A stretch of 64,000 bases of DNA from the human T2T-CHM13v2.0 reference genome, Homo sapiens: NCBI RefSeq assembly GCF_009914755.1, contig NC_060934.1. One strand, 5' to 3'. Below the pieces are notes generated by a model. It worked only from the letters and a program-made list of their open reading frames with translations. It was not told where the DNA came from and did not search any database. Below, one piece after another: positions 49,741 through 63,428 of the stretch. Numbering within the stretch: position 1 is the first letter of the stretch; each line of letters begins with the position of its first letter. The position numbers and the translations under genes were made by a program.

Positions 49741-52700
49741 GCCAGGTTTTGGCAGAAACAAACATTAACTTATTTTAGCAATGTTGATGTTTGTCAGGTA
49801 GACATTTAAGTGGGCTGGGATTGTTAACCTGGGACACAGCCTTGAACTGTTAAAAAGCTGTGCTAGAATTTGTTCAAGTCTCTTAGTGTGGGACATGCAC
49901 AAAATCATTTATGCTGAGAATCTGCAGTTCTCACAGGCCAAGGTTAAGTCCCAGTCAATAAAAATGCTCGGAGGAGCCTGACTAAAGTCTGGTCAAGGAG
50001 AGAGTCTTTGCCATAAGAAACTTAATAATAACTAATATCTCTAGGCTACTATTTGTCATGCAATGAGCTAGTATTTGCAGCTTTTTCTTATTTAATTCTC
50101 ATATTTCCTCTTGAGGAATATACTAGGATTACTGCCTTTATTTGAAATGTGTAACAGGCTAAGTAATTTTTTCATGAATTAATGCTGTCCTCATTTATTT
50201 AAACTGTATTTTCATAAGTTAGCACTAGATACAGGAACCAAGGGAACAGGTGTAGAAGTCCCAAGAAACTGAATGTGTGGGCAAAGCAAAGAATGGCTAA
50301 ACACACAACATCCACTGAGTTACCATGCACGAGAAGAAGCAGGAAGATGTAGGTCCCCTGTTGGCCTTATATTCTTCCCACATAAATTATAGATTAACAT
50401 ATTTCCTGATTTTTTGAAGTTTCCAGAGATTTACCAACTTGATCTTTCATGTGACTTTCTCTTATTCTGGATTTTCAGTGACTTTTCCTCTCACTTTATT
50501 GTCTCTAAAATCACAGAAACCCTGTTTACCACAATTATTTTCTTAAATTTATTTCTACAGGTCTTTAGTTAAAAGGTACAGGGAAGCAGACAAACCTTAA
50601 ACTTGATAATACGTGGGAAATAATGTTACTGGTATCTTAGAAGTCATGCCAGTAATTCGTCTAAATTTAAGCATCAATTGAAATACGGATGCAAAATTAT
50701 TATACGTGATTAATTACTTTAGGTCTTTCATCAGTTTATGGTAGAGTAACCAAATTGCCCTTGATGCCTCTCATGTGTCAAGTATTGTTTTGGGTGCAAA
50801 GGATAGATCAATAATATGACATGGTTCTTGAGTCAGTTTGGTTATGACTGGAGTTGGTGAGAATGTTAGACTCACATTCATGAGTGGATTTGATAAATAC
50901 AATGTGGCTGACATGATGTCTGCTCTCACCAAGACTTCCATTTCAGTTCTTTGATTTCTCCTTTGCTTTCGTTAGGAATGGCCTATATTGGGTACACCAA
51001 AAATTTACACTAATTAGTGAGCACTTCTCCTACTTTAAAAGAGAAGCTCAAACAGGAAAGAATACACACACACACACAATTTTTTTGGTATGAGATTCAA
51101 AATTCCTAGAAAGCTTATGACAAAATTATCAAATTTGTTGAATTCTCAAAATTGCTAAATTTCTGAATAATGTTCATCTAGCTACAGTACTTATTATTCC
51201 ACCGGAAGAAAGCATATGCTTCAACACAAAAAAAAAATTTGAGTGCAAAACTATTAAGTAAAACTCTGAGAAAACATCATTTTTGTACTTGGCAATAAGG
51301 CAATTACTTAAAAAAAGTTAGCTAATATTTGTGAGTGTTACATTTAATTAAACATTAAAGAACTTTATAGAAGTATTTTTAAAAAGGAAGAAAGGAAGAA
51401 ATGTAATAACCCAGAATTCAAGAGAAGATAAGCAAAATGTTATTTGACAGAATCCAGAAGCACATGAAAAAGTTAATTCACCATGATCAAGAAGGCTATA
51501 TTCCTGGGAAGCAAAGTTGGTTCAACATACGCAAATCAATAAATTTGATTCACCTCATACACAAAACAAAACTGAATAACCATATCATTATTTCAACAGA
51601 CTCAGATAAATCTTTTCATAAAATTCGACATCTCTTTATGATAAAAACCTACAACAAACTAGGCATTAAACATACCTCAAAATGATAGGAACCATGTGTG
51701 ACAAACCTAGAGCAAAATCATACTGAATGGACAAAATCTGGAAGCATACCCCTTGGGAACTGGAGCAAGACAATAATGCCCACTTTCACCATTCCTATTC
51801 AACATAGTACTGGAAGTCCTAGACAGAGCAATCAGGCAAAAGAAAAAAATACAAGGCATCTAAATAGGAAAAAAGGCAGTCAAATTAACTCTCTTTGGTG
51901 CTGATATAATTCTGTACCTAGAAAACTGTAAAGACTCTTTGAAAAGGCCCCTAGAATTGATTAGCAACTGCAGTAAAGTTTCAGGATCCAAAATCCACAT
52001 ACAAAAATCAGTAGCATTTCTATACACCAATAATGTTCAAGTTGGGAGCCAAATTAAGATCAAAAACCCATTTACAATAGCCACAAAAAAAATTAAGTGG
52101 GAATGCATCCAACAAAGGAGATGAAAGATTTCTAGAAGGAGAATTACAAAATACTGCTGAATGAAATCATAGATGAAACAAATGGGAAAATGTTCTATGC
52201 TCATGAACTGGATCTACCGACTACGTTTTTCCCAGAACTAGAAGAAAGTCTTCTAAAATTCATATGGAACTAGAAAAGAGCTTGAATAGCTAAAGCAATA
52301 CTAAGTGAAGAGAAGAAAGCTGGAGGCATCACATTACCTGTTTTCAAATTGTATATAAGGCTACTTTAACTAAAACAGCATGGTATTGTCACAAAAACAA
52401 ACACATAGAACAATGAAACAGAATAGAAAACAGAAATAAGGCTGCTTACTTACAACCATTTGATCTTCAACAGACTCGACAAAAATTAGCAATGGAGAAA
52501 GGACTTTCTATTCAATAAATGGTGCTAGTTTAACTGGCTAGCCATATGCAGAAGAATGAAACTGCACCCTTGCCTTTCATCGCAGGCAAAAATTGTCTTA
52601 AGATGAATATAAGACCTAAAACTATAAAAGTGCTAGAAGAAAACCTAGGACATGGCATTCTGGACATCAGCCTTGGCTAAGAATTTATGAGTAAGTCCTC

Positions 52701-53100
52701 AAAAGTAATTGCAAAAACAAAAATTACAAAAAATAAAAATTGACAGTTGGGACCCTAAAGAGCTTCTGTACCTCAAAATAAACTATCAACAGAGTAAACA
52801 GATAACCTATGGAATGGAAGGAAATATTCATAAATTATGCAACTTACAGAAGTCTAATATCCGGAGCCTCTAAGGAACTTAAACAATTCAAAAGTGAAAA
52901 AACAAATAAGCTCATTGAAAAGTGAGCAGAGGACATGAAGAGACAGTTCTCAAAGGAAGACTTACAAGCAGCCAACAAACAAATGACAAACCCTCTACAT
53001 CACTAAGTATCAGAGAAATACAAATCAAAGCAAATATGAGATACTGTCTCACACCAATCGGAATGCTATTATTAAAAAGTCAAAAAATAACAGATGTTGA

Positions 53101-53497
53101 TGATATACTTTGAATATATGTCCCTACAATATCTCATGTAAAATTGTAATCCCCGATGTTGGAGGTGGGACCTGCTTGGAGGTGTGTTTGGGTTATGGAG
53201 GCTGATTCCTCATGGCTTGGTGCTGTCCTCATGACAGTGAGTGAGTTCTCATGAGATCTGATCATTTATCATTTAAAATGTGTGGCACTTCCCCACCTCT
53301 CTCTTGCTTCCACTCTGCCACGTGAGAGCCTTGCTCCAGCTTTACCTTTCACCTGAGGCCTCCCTAGAAGCTGAGTAGATGCTGGTGCTGTGCTTCCTGT
53401 ACAGCCTGCAGAACAATTAGCCAATTCAATCTCTTTTTTAAAAAAATTACCCAATGTCAGGTATTTATTTATAGTAATACAAGAACAGCCTAACACA
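53101..53497 (+). mobile_element. MST (MSTA/B-like) MaLR solo LTR
   Basis: TGATATACTTTG...TGTTGGAGGTGGG...GCTTCCTGTACAGCCTGCAGAAC...CCTAACACA; TSD GTTGA/GTTGC. Confidence 0.88.
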
Positions 53498-53725
53498 GTT
53501 GCTGAGGCTGTGGAGAAAAGGGAATGGTTATACACTCTAGGTTTGAATGTAAATTAGTTCAGCCTCTGTGGAAAGCAGTTTGGAGATTTCCCAAAGAACT
53601 CAGAACTACCGTTAGACCCAGCATTTACGTGACTAGGGATACACACTAAGGAAAATAAATCATCCTACAAAAAAGGGACACATTACTTTGTGTGTTCCAT
53701 CATAGCACTATGCACAAAAGCCAAG

Positions 53726-54102
53726 TGTATTAGTCTGTTTTCACACTGCTATAAAGTACTGCCTGAGACTGGGTAATTTATAAATGAAAAAGGTTTAATT
53801 AACTCACAATTCAGCATAGCTGGGGAGGCTTCAGGAAACTTACAATTATGGTAGAAGACAAATGGGAAGCGAGGCACCTTTTTCATAAGGAGGCAGGAAG
53901 GAGAATGAACTCAGGAGGAACCACCATACACTTATAAAACCATCAGGTCTCATGAGAACTCACACACTTCGCGAGAACAGCATAGGGGAAACCGCCCCCG
54001 TGATTCAACTACCTTCACCTGGTCTCTCCCTTGACACGTGGGGATTAAAAGGATTACAATTCAAAATGAGATTTTGGATGGGGACACAGCCAAACCTTAT
54101 CA
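53726..54102 (-). mobile_element. THE1 (THE1D-like) solo LTR
   Basis: TGTATTAGTCTGTTTTCACACTGCTATAAAG...GGGGACACAGCCAAACCTTATCA; TSD CCAAG/TCAAG. Confidence 0.9.
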
Positions 54103-56182
54103 TCAAGACATGGAATCAACCTAAGTGTCCATAGATTGGATAAAGAAAATGTAGTACATATACACCATGGAATACTACACAGCCATAAAACAAGAATGAA
54201 ATCATGTCCCTTACAGCAACATGGATGCAGCTGGAGACCATTATCCTAAGAAAATTAACACAGGAAGAGAAAAACCAAATACTACATGTTCTCACTTATA
54301 AGTGGGAGTTAATTATTGGGTACACATGGACATAAATATGGGAACACTAGCACTGGGAACTACTACAGAGGGAAGAGTAGGAGTGGGTCAAGGTCTGAAA
54401 AAATACCTGCTAGGTACTATGCTCACTATCTAAGTGATGGGATCAATCATACCCCAAAACTCAGTGTCACACAATATACCATGCACATGTGCCCCCTGAA
54501 TCTAAAACAACAGTTGAAAGCATAAAACATAAAATAAAATAAATCTTCGATTGGCATGATAAATGTTAAAAATTAAACATCAAGGGAAACTGTGTGAGAA
54601 ACATATGGGGATACTCTGTATTACCTTGGCAACATTTCAGCAAATTTAAATTTATTTCAAAATAAAAATTCATATTAAAATTACCCCTGCTAAAATTTTA
54701 ATTAACAATATTTATAACTTTAAAAAGGAAATTAAATGTGTTTCAAGAATAAGGGGACACTGACATCCTCCTTCTTCCATTCTGAAGAAGATCATAAAAC
54801 ATAAGCACCTGCACCTGCCCCAAGACTGGATCAAAAGGTGAACACACAGATCTATTAATCACTCATCTAAAATTCTCAAACGCTAAGACATTCCATAGAC
54901 TCTAAAGTCAGACCTGAATACTACCTCAAAGGACTTGAACAAGAAGTTCCAAGAAAAAAATAGCAACAGTAGTTTTAGGAGGAAATGTGCATAATTAATA
55001 GGTCAACAAGGATAGGTAAGAGACAGATAGCCTGAATTCCCACTAATGGGAATATTAAAAAGAAACAATGAAAGAAAAGTATATACTTACCTGTACAAAT
55101 GAAATTGTAAACTAAAGAGAATTCCAGTTTAGCAGATTAAAGCTGAAGTCTTGACTCGAATTTCCATTTGGTCTAAAACCATAATGGAATACGGAGACTG
55201 AAAAAAAGCCCAAGTAAATGAGACACATTTCTGTGGAAGGAGTTAAATGATTTTATTTTTTTCAACAGAGTAACCTGAAGAAGGGAGCCTGCATAATCCT
55301 GAAGGTCAGGGAGCAAATTAAAGAGTAAAGGGGCATCCACTGGAGATTTTCTTCTGAATGCCTTGGGTTTTAAGCATATCCTTTTGTGAGATGCAAGGGA
55401 TGTTGGGTTGTAGGCAGAGCTAGAAATCTTTCCCTTCTTATTTTCTAGTTCTTTTCAGAAGTTGCCCTAATCATTTAGAAAGGAGATTTGCATGAACCTG
55501 AAAGTTGCAGAGTTTGCTTTGTAAAGAATAAGAAACACTAGTGTCAAAGATCAAATAAAGAAGGCTGGTTGCTTTACCCGTTATTCAGGCAGAGAAGGAA
55601 AATAGTGAACTGTGTGGACCATGTCTAGGTTCAAGGAGGAGACAGGTGAAAGCCCAGAGTACCTAACAGTGGAGAATTTCTGGACACTGGAGGAAAAAAG
55701 GTTTGATGTGAAGAAGATTCAAAAAGTAAAATGAAAAAGAAACAGTGTAAATATGTCCTCCCCACACAAACACTGGCTCACTGAGGGAAATGGGAGTCTT
55801 CGTAATCTCCAAGGTTTCAGAAAATATAAAGTATCTACCTGTAAATCAATTACGCCCCAACCCAATGCTAATGAATGTACTTTCTATGGAGAGATCTCTC
55901 TGCAATAACCATGGAGAACTGAAAAACTAAACCTAAATCATAAGAAGAGTTTAGGCACATATTAGGAGTGTTTTAGAGAAAATGTCTTCTGACAGCATGG
56001 TTGTACACAAATCAGCCAGAACTTTTCATGACCCCATGCATTAGCTGATATGCCAAGATGCCCATGCACCAGCCATGAATCTCCTTCTGGCCACTGGAGC
56101 CAATCCTTATCTTCATAAATACCTTCCATTACTTTCAGGTTTCTTGTGTCCATAGCCAAATGACTGAATTAAACTCTGAAAA

Positions 56183-56394
56183 ACTTGTATTAGGAGCAAC
56201 CTTGATTCTTACCAAAAACAATACTGCATTTCAAGAAGATGAAACTTTTTATATGGTAAATTATAAAATCTTGCACTGCTTTCTATACTTGTATCAGGAG
56301 CACCCTTGATTCTTACCAAAAACAATACTGCATTTCAAGAGGATGAAACTTTTTATAAGGTAAATTATAAAATATTGCACTGCTTTCTATACTT
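56183..56394 (+). repeat. 104-bp tandem duplication (2 copies)
   Basis: Units start at 56183 and 56287 and differ by about 5 substitutions. Confidence 0.93.
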
Positions 56395-57249
56395 ATAAAT
56401 ATTTTGCATATGTCATTATAGCAAATAACAATTTTTAGAAATAATTAAAGTCTCAAAGTGTTCCTTTCTTGAAGTCAGCAGCAGTTACAATTTGTTGTAA
56501 CTAGAAAAACTGAATAATATTTTATTCATTTTAATTATTGGAGGTCATATAAGTCTCTGGACTTACTGTATTTTATCTAAAACATGTATTTTCATTTTGG
56601 AAATGGAGAATTATTTCTTTATTAATCTAAGCATGTCTATGCTTTTAGAATATGAGGCAGGCTCTGCAATTTTCTTACAAGACGCTAAAGGAATGGAAAG
56701 CAAAATCAACAAAAGGAAAAGAGACTGAGAAAAAAATTATACATATTGTTTATAAGTTTGGTGATAACAAGAGTTACTTTTAAAGATGCTTGCGCGTATA
56801 CACTATCTTCCAACTGTTTCAGATGTAAATATATTAAAACAAGCATTTTAACCTCAGATAAATAAAAAAGACACATAGTTAGGCATCTTCACAATTATAA
56901 ACTGCTGCTTATTCTTATCCATGCTCCTAAAATGCCTTATAATATCTGCTGTCACTGCCTTGGATTATAAGCCCAAAACAGAATTTTCTTTTTTTAATAG
57001 ATAATATTATAAAGGTGATTTTCTAAGTGTACACGGCCTCTTTAGGAAGATAGCAGTAAGGCTCAGATGTATGATTTATAGAGCAGAGCTTTTAAGCCAT
57101 AAACTCATCATTGATGTCTTACAGCCAGATTTAATTACCTTCCTGAATTTTGATTATTTTTTCCTTGCTTTAAACAGATCACACATAAAAGTATGCCTAC
57201 GTGATATATAGTTTTTCTTGTTTTTGAAATGTATACAAATAGTCTCCTA

Positions 57250-57292
<43 letters not shown>
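57250..57292. repeat. (TAAA)n microsatellite
   Basis: About 10 perfect units. Confidence 0.95.
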
Positions 57293-57297
<5 letters not shown>

Positions 57298-57711
57298 TCA
57301 TTCCTGGACTTGCTTTCTTGACTCAGTCAAGTCAAAGCTAAAATGAAAGCAATTATTTTAGAGACCTATGTAAAATACATGCTTATTTAGCTGAGATTTG
57401 CTTCAAAAACTCGAGTAAAACAAAGAGCTCCATGTAAAAATGGTGACATTCGTGTTTAATTTTCCTTAATTCATCTCATATATGTATATATATATATATG
57501 CACACACATAATTTCATACACTGTGTAATTTTACAATCTGTACTGTCACCAAAATTTACCTATTTTATCTTGTATTCTACCAGAGTTCTATTACATGGAA
57601 ATTGTGAAGTTCACAGTAATATAACTACTCTAAGTTGTTAATCACATATAATACATTAAGCATTGTGTTGGGTAATTGGCATTCTTTTATCTCTTTTAAT
57701 TTAATGAAAAT

Positions 57712-58075
57712 TGTATTAGTTAGGATAGGCAATAATGTGTTATGGTAACAAATATAAAACATCAGAAGCCTAAAATAAGAAAAATTATATATTGTTATTC
57801 ACTCTCAATGTCCAAATTGTTCTGCTATTATACTCACTCAAGGATGTAGGTTGACAGAGCTAATAATGACACACTCAAAAGAGGGAAGAAAAACATCATA
57901 AATGATACACTGGATCTTATATTTATCATTCAGAGGTGACCTCCACGAGTTCACTTTTAATCACAAATATTATGGTCATATATCACTTGAAAAACAAAAA
58001 CACAGAAGTATAATCCTGTCATGTGTCTGCAAAGAAAACGAGAAATATTTGGTAACAGGAATAATGACTAACCTC
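57712..58075 (-). mobile_element. Ancient MLT1 (J/K-like) LTR relic
   Basis: TGTATTAGTTAGGATAGGC...GGTAACAAAT...GAAGTATAATCCTGTCATGTGTC...GAAATATTTGGTAACAG. Confidence 0.55.
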
Positions 58076-59364
58076 TCTCAAAAAAAAATTACAAGACAGC
58101 CACTATCATCATTTGTGAAGTAAAGAAACAGAAGCTCAAAAAAGTAAGTAATGTTAATAATTGACATGAAGTCATTAATCCAGTAATACTAAAAACTGAA
58201 TACTAATCCATTTCTAAAACCTTTATTTTTTCCTAGTATTAATATTTTAATTGGAACTTAAAGGTAAAACATTAGACTAATCATCAACAGTTTATGATGC
58301 ACCATCACCATTAGCAAATAAATGGCGCTTTTCTTAATGGTATTTATTTGTACAGTGCAATGAATATTAAAAATTTGCTTAAACCAAGAATTAGAGTATT
58401 ACCAACTATATTCATCTGCATGTCTCTATTCTCCCATTCCCCTGTCTCTTTACCCTCAGAGATAATCACTTTCCCATAGGCCAGACAAGAGCCAATCTTG
58501 TAAGCAGATGTTTCTAAGTGCAGCAGTCTCAGGTCTCTTTTCTGCAAATTGTATTTAATTTGCATATATCACATTTTCCTTCCTAATATGAATTTATAAA
58601 TGTCATGAATGATGTTGACAAACCATGAAACAATTTCATATAAATACATTTTCTAGAAGCCACATATAATAGCAAATGAAGTGGATTTAAGATTTTAGGT
58701 TAGGTCTCTGAAATGTACAAACAGAAAGAAGGGGAAAGAGCAGAATTGAAAGAAGAACATGGGCAGGAGGTCACGTCACCAGCATAGCATTCCCAGTCAG
58801 CTTTCTAGAGCTAATGACTGATATGACAGAAGAGGCAAACAATCCCAAATCTATAAAATATAACATTGTTAAATTCTTTATTTTTATAACTTATAAATAA
58901 GAACATTAATTTCCAATATACCATTGCCCTATTATTTTCCAGTACTAGAAAACACAACAAAATTTTCAAATGATTTACACAACGTCATATCAAGGCAAAC
59001 TATAGCCATATTGAGACATACTCATGATGTAATATAAGTAAACAAGATGTCAGTAAGTTGTGATTCTCCCAAGTATATAAAAGCCTTTCAAACTTTTATG
59101 GCATAGCATACCTTCTTTCCTTTTTTGAGCTAAAATTTTCTACTCTGTATCACTATATCTATTCCTCTGTCTGTCCTACTCCTAGTCAAGACTCAACTAA
59201 GAATCAATCTTCAAAAAAAAAAAAAAAACAATTCAGGGAGGCTAGCTGAAGAATGATTTAGTTACCTATTTTGAGCTCCCATCATCTTCTTGGAACACTA
59301 TTTTGATAGATATATGAGTTTTCTTGTCAGTATCCCTCACTATGCTGTAAAATCTATAAGAGAG

Positions 59365-59864
59365 GTGTTAGTTTTCTATCACTATGGTAACAATCACCAC
59401 AGACTTAAAATAACACTAATTTGTTACCTTATAGTTCTGTGAGTCATCAGTCTCATTAGCCTAAAATCGAGGTGTGGACAGGACTATATCCCTTCTGTAG
59501 GTCAAAAGGAAAATCCATTTATTTGTCTGCTCCGGCTTCTGGAGACAGCCCTGTTCCTTGACTCATGGTTCTTCTTCAATTTTATCAGTTAATAACAGTT
59601 AATTGAGTACCACTCACAACACGCACTTATTCCATAGTCACATTTCCCTCAGACTTTGAGCTTATCTGCTTTACTCTTTCATTTTCAAGGACTCTAATTA
59701 TTGTATTGAGCTTTCCTGTATATTCCAAAATAATCTTTTCAGGTCAGCTGACTGGTGAATTTTATCTTCAATAAATTCTCATTTGCTATGTAATGTAACA
59801 TATTTGCGAGTTCCAGAAATTAGGACATAGAAATAATTGGGGAGTTATTATTCTGTTTATCCCA
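59365..59864 (-). mobile_element. MLT1 MaLR LTR relic
   Basis: TTAGTTTTCTATCACTATGGTAACAATCACCAC...CTTATAGTTCTGT...CTAAAATCGAGGTGTGGACAGG...TTCCAGAAATTAGGACATAG...TATTCTG. Confidence 0.75.
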
Positions 59865-60717
59865 AGGGGCATAAAAATTATCCAGTGTTTTTAATGAGCT
59901 CAATAAATATGGTATTTATCAATCTGAAACAATCAAGTTTCAGAACATGTCTGAATCTATTTGGTACTGTGGACAGCATGAGCAATATTAAATGTTAGAA
60001 CATCTGAAACAGATGAAGACCTTTTATGTGGACAATACTCAGATCTACTTGACTAATTAGTACAGTCTCTTAAAATAATTCCTTTAGATTAATTCCTTCA
60101 GATAACAGATGAGGAAATTGTATCCCAGACAGACACCGTGATTTTCTCTATGTCCTTCATGGAAACAGGGAGACTCCCCCTCCACCCTGTGTCACATTTT
60201 GTAACTCGCACAACATAAAAGATCTGCTTGAACCCTGATGACTGATGGTCTCATGAAAAAAAAGATCTTTATTTTCAGCTTTTTGTAACTATGTATTTTA
60301 GACATATACATTATGAGACTGGATTGGGGTACCAATCTCAGAGAGAAAGTATGTATTTTACCTTTACATTTTTTTATTTGATTACAATCTAGTAAACAAG
60401 TTAAAGAAAGAAACCCATGGCCTCCCAAATAATTGACAGACATTTACAATTAAGATTATTCTTTCAAAATTCAAGTTTTGAATTTGAGGTAAGAAATATC
60501 CCTTCAGAAATCTCCCACATTTTTGCTGTATCTACAGTATATCTCATTATACTCAGTTAAGTCATTCAGTAATAACTAAAATCCTAAAGTACTTCGCCAA
60601 AAATTTAACCAGATAAAAACAATTTTAAAAAGTAGCTAATGAATTTAAGATAGTGCCTGGCTTCCATTTTTTACACTTGTCAACTAGCCTATCTTTTATT
60701 ATTTAATTTTTATTTAT

Positions 60718-61110
60718 TTCTCAAAGAACTAAAGTAGATCTACCATTTGATCCAGCAATTCCACTACTAGGTATCTACTCAAAGAAAAAGAAATCATTAT
60801 ATAAAAAAGACACATACACATGCGCATTTATTTGCAACACAATTCACGACTGCAAAGATATGGAATCAATCTAAGTGTCCACCAACCAATGAGCGGATAA
60901 AGAAAACATGGTATATAGACACCACGGAACACCGCTCAGCTATAAAAAATAACGAAATTATGTTTTTTTTTGCAGCAACTTGGATGGAACTGGAGGCCAT
61001 TATTCTAAGTGAAGTAAGTCAGGAATATAAAACTAAATACTTCAAGTTCTCACTTGTAAGTGGAAGCTAAACTATGGGTACACAATGATATACAGAGTGA
61101 TATAATAAAC
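60718..61110 (+). mobile_element. L1 3'-region fragment (L1MA/L1PB-like)
   Basis: GATCTACCATTTGATCCAGCAATTCCACTACTAGG...TGGATGGAACTGGAGGCCATTATTCTAAGTGAAGTAA...TTCTCACTTGTAAGTGG. Confidence 0.88.
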
Positions 61111-62026
61111 AATATCCTACCTTAACAAGCCACTGTCCCTTTAATTTTATCTCCTGTATCCCGTAAAAAGGACGTAAAATTCACAGGTGAGTACTATTCT
61201 TAATGTCTCCAAAATTAATAGCTGTGCTTGATGTTTTCTTATAGAATTGAAATTCCAAATATATGCTTATAAATAAACGATAAATCCAAATTTGTTACAT
61301 TGTACACATGTTGCCACTTTGAAAGTTAATATTATTTTCAACTTCCAAAGTTTGTAATAATATTTTAAGAGATTCAGACAAACATGACCTCAGAAGAATC
61401 TATGAGGAGGCATACATATTCTTTAGCCCTAGATATATAAAATCTTATTTAGTCAGAGAGTTAAGAGTTATAAAGTATTTCTTGGAGCCGAGTCTAAATT
61501 TCTTCATTTTGTTACATTAAAAGGCAAAAAAAAAGGTCTCAGAAGTTTAAGTTTTTGAGAGAAAACTACATTCTAAAATTCATGTTTGAGGATTATTTCT
61601 CCATAATTTGACTTAAAATGGTTATTTTAATAAATTAAATACAAGATACTAATGCCAAATGATAAGGCAATAGAACAGTTACATATTTGACATCACTACA
61701 AAGATATTCAATACATTGAGTTGTTTATAATAGTGAATAAAGTAGCCAAAAACTAATAAATAGGAGTATTCCTCTGAGAGTCTGGTAACATATACTGTAA
61801 AATCCGCAAAATGTATATGGGAACACCACCAAAAGAAACATGATTAATGTTGATGATTCTGAGGTTTTCAAATAGATTCGTGTGTATCTGCAGCCACCCA
61901 ACCACACATTAACCCTGTCACCTGAAACTATCACTATTTAACAAAAAAGACTAATGAAACAATGTACTTTCCTGATATATGGCACTGAATAAAATATACC
62001 TAGTGATTATAGATAGATTTTTAAAA

Positions 62027-62197
62027 GCTGGTCATGGTGGTGCATGCCTGTAGTCCAGCTGATCTGGAGGCTGAGGAAGGAAGATCACTTGAGCCCAGGA
62101 GTTCAAAGCTGTAGTGCATCACGGTCATACCTGTGAATAGCACTGCACTCCAGCCTGGCAACATAGCAAGACCCTGTCTCTAAATAAATAAATAAAA
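62027..62197 (+). mobile_element. FAM (fossil Alu monomer)
   Basis: Single monomer retaining the 7SL-like CCTGTGAATAGCACTGCACTCCAGCCTGGCAACATAGCAAGACCC; (TAAA)n tail. Confidence 0.78.
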
Positions 62198-62908
62198 ACC
62201 AGTTAGAAAACAAAATGAGAAAATTGAGAAAAATAATTTATAGTTAATGTTGCTTCCATCTGAATGTGTAATTTGATAATAAAGTTATTTTGCATATTTA
62301 AACATAATTTCTTTAACAGGAAAACAGAAATAAAATCAGAAAAAATGTAAAAATTGGAAATTTTCTGCCTTCCTGATAATTTTTTTTTTTTTAGAAAATC
62401 AGGGCAAAACATTTAGGAATACTTACTATTATTGCAAAAATTTAATATCATGGGTTCAAAGACACTTGAGATATATAAGTATGTACCTTTAATACTTTTC
62501 TATTTGTTAAATATAGCTTAGTAAAATAAATGAACTAATAAAATTCCTAAATGTTTTACTGAACAATGATTTTTTTCCTTGATGTTTAGATGAAATAATA
62601 TAATACCTACAAAAAGATACTAAGTGATGTCACCCTGCGTAGCTTGAATAAGGACATTTACTGAAACATTTTTATGAAAAATAAACATATTTGATTACAT
62701 AATTTATATACCTTTTCCCTCCAGATGTTTCCTTTTTTCCTTCCTTATTCTTGAAATTACTTATAAATGACAGGAATTTTATATGAGTTCTAAAATCAGA
62801 ATAAGAGGAAGAGTGGAAGAATTAGAAAAAGAAAAAAAAAATGCCAGTTGTGCACTTCTTCACGATGCCTTTTTAAGAGTCTTAGTGACATATTAAAAAG
62901 TACAAACA

Positions 62909-63224
62909 GGCCAGGCTCAGTGGCTCAAGCCTGTAACCCCAGCACTTTGGGAGGCTGAGGTAGGTGGATCACTTGAGGTCAGGAGTTGGAGACCAGCCTG
63001 GCTGACATGGTGAAATCTCATCTCTACTAAAAATACAAAAATTAGCCGAGCATGGTGATGTGTGCCTGTAATCCCAGCTACTCAGGAGGCTGAGGCAGGA
63101 GAATAACTTGAACCCAGGAGGCGGAGGTTGTGGTAAGCCGAGATGGTGCCACTGCACTCCAGCCTGGGCGATAGAGCCATTTCTGTCTCAACAAAATGAA
63201 TATAATAAAAATTAAAATTTTTTT
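62909..63224 (+). mobile_element. AluSx-like element
   Basis: Full dimer; TSD AAAAGTACAAACA at 62896-62908 and 63225-63237. Confidence 0.93.
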
Positions 63225-63368
63225 AAAAGTACAAACATAATTTAGAAATAAAGTTTTGTGTGTGTGTACGTGTAAATAAAGCTTTTCTAAGAACATCATC
63301 ATAAAACAATTGCATTTGTTTTCATGAAGAATCCAAGAAATGCACAAAATAATCACTTCTATAAATGC

Positions 63369-63428
63369 TTATCTTGACCACAATCACCACTTATTCAGTT
63401 ATCTTGATCACAATCACCACTTATTCAG
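63369..63428 (+). repeat. 30-bp tandem duplication
   Basis: TTATCTTGA(C/T)CACAATCACCACTTATTCAG x2. Confidence 0.92.

Larger units (their letters stand above)
46503..50013 (-). mobile_element. ERV1 solo LTR (MER67/MER31 group) split into three pieces: 46503-46656, 47178-47461, 49741-50013
   Basis: Minus strand begins TGGCAAAGACTCTCTCCTTGACCAGACTTTAGTCAGGCTCCTC; middle piece contains CTCCCAGGTCCTTGAGAAAGACATTCCTG; ends ...TGACA at 46503. Confidence 0.72.
51435..54545 (+). mobile_element. 5'-truncated LINE-1 (L1PA16/L1PB-like), ORF2 RT region through 3' UTR, interrupted by two MaLR LTRs
   Basis: [35 protein letters not shown]; [20 protein letters not shown]; 3' UTR ...GTACTATGCTCACTATC...CCCCCTGAATCTAAAA plus A-rich tail. 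Confidence 0.93.

Noticed and set aside
56183-63428. Direct repeats as a CRISPR-like array or prokaryotic system
   Set aside because: Only two-copy tandem duplications with no spacers; the sequence is clearly primate with no bacterial-type genes.
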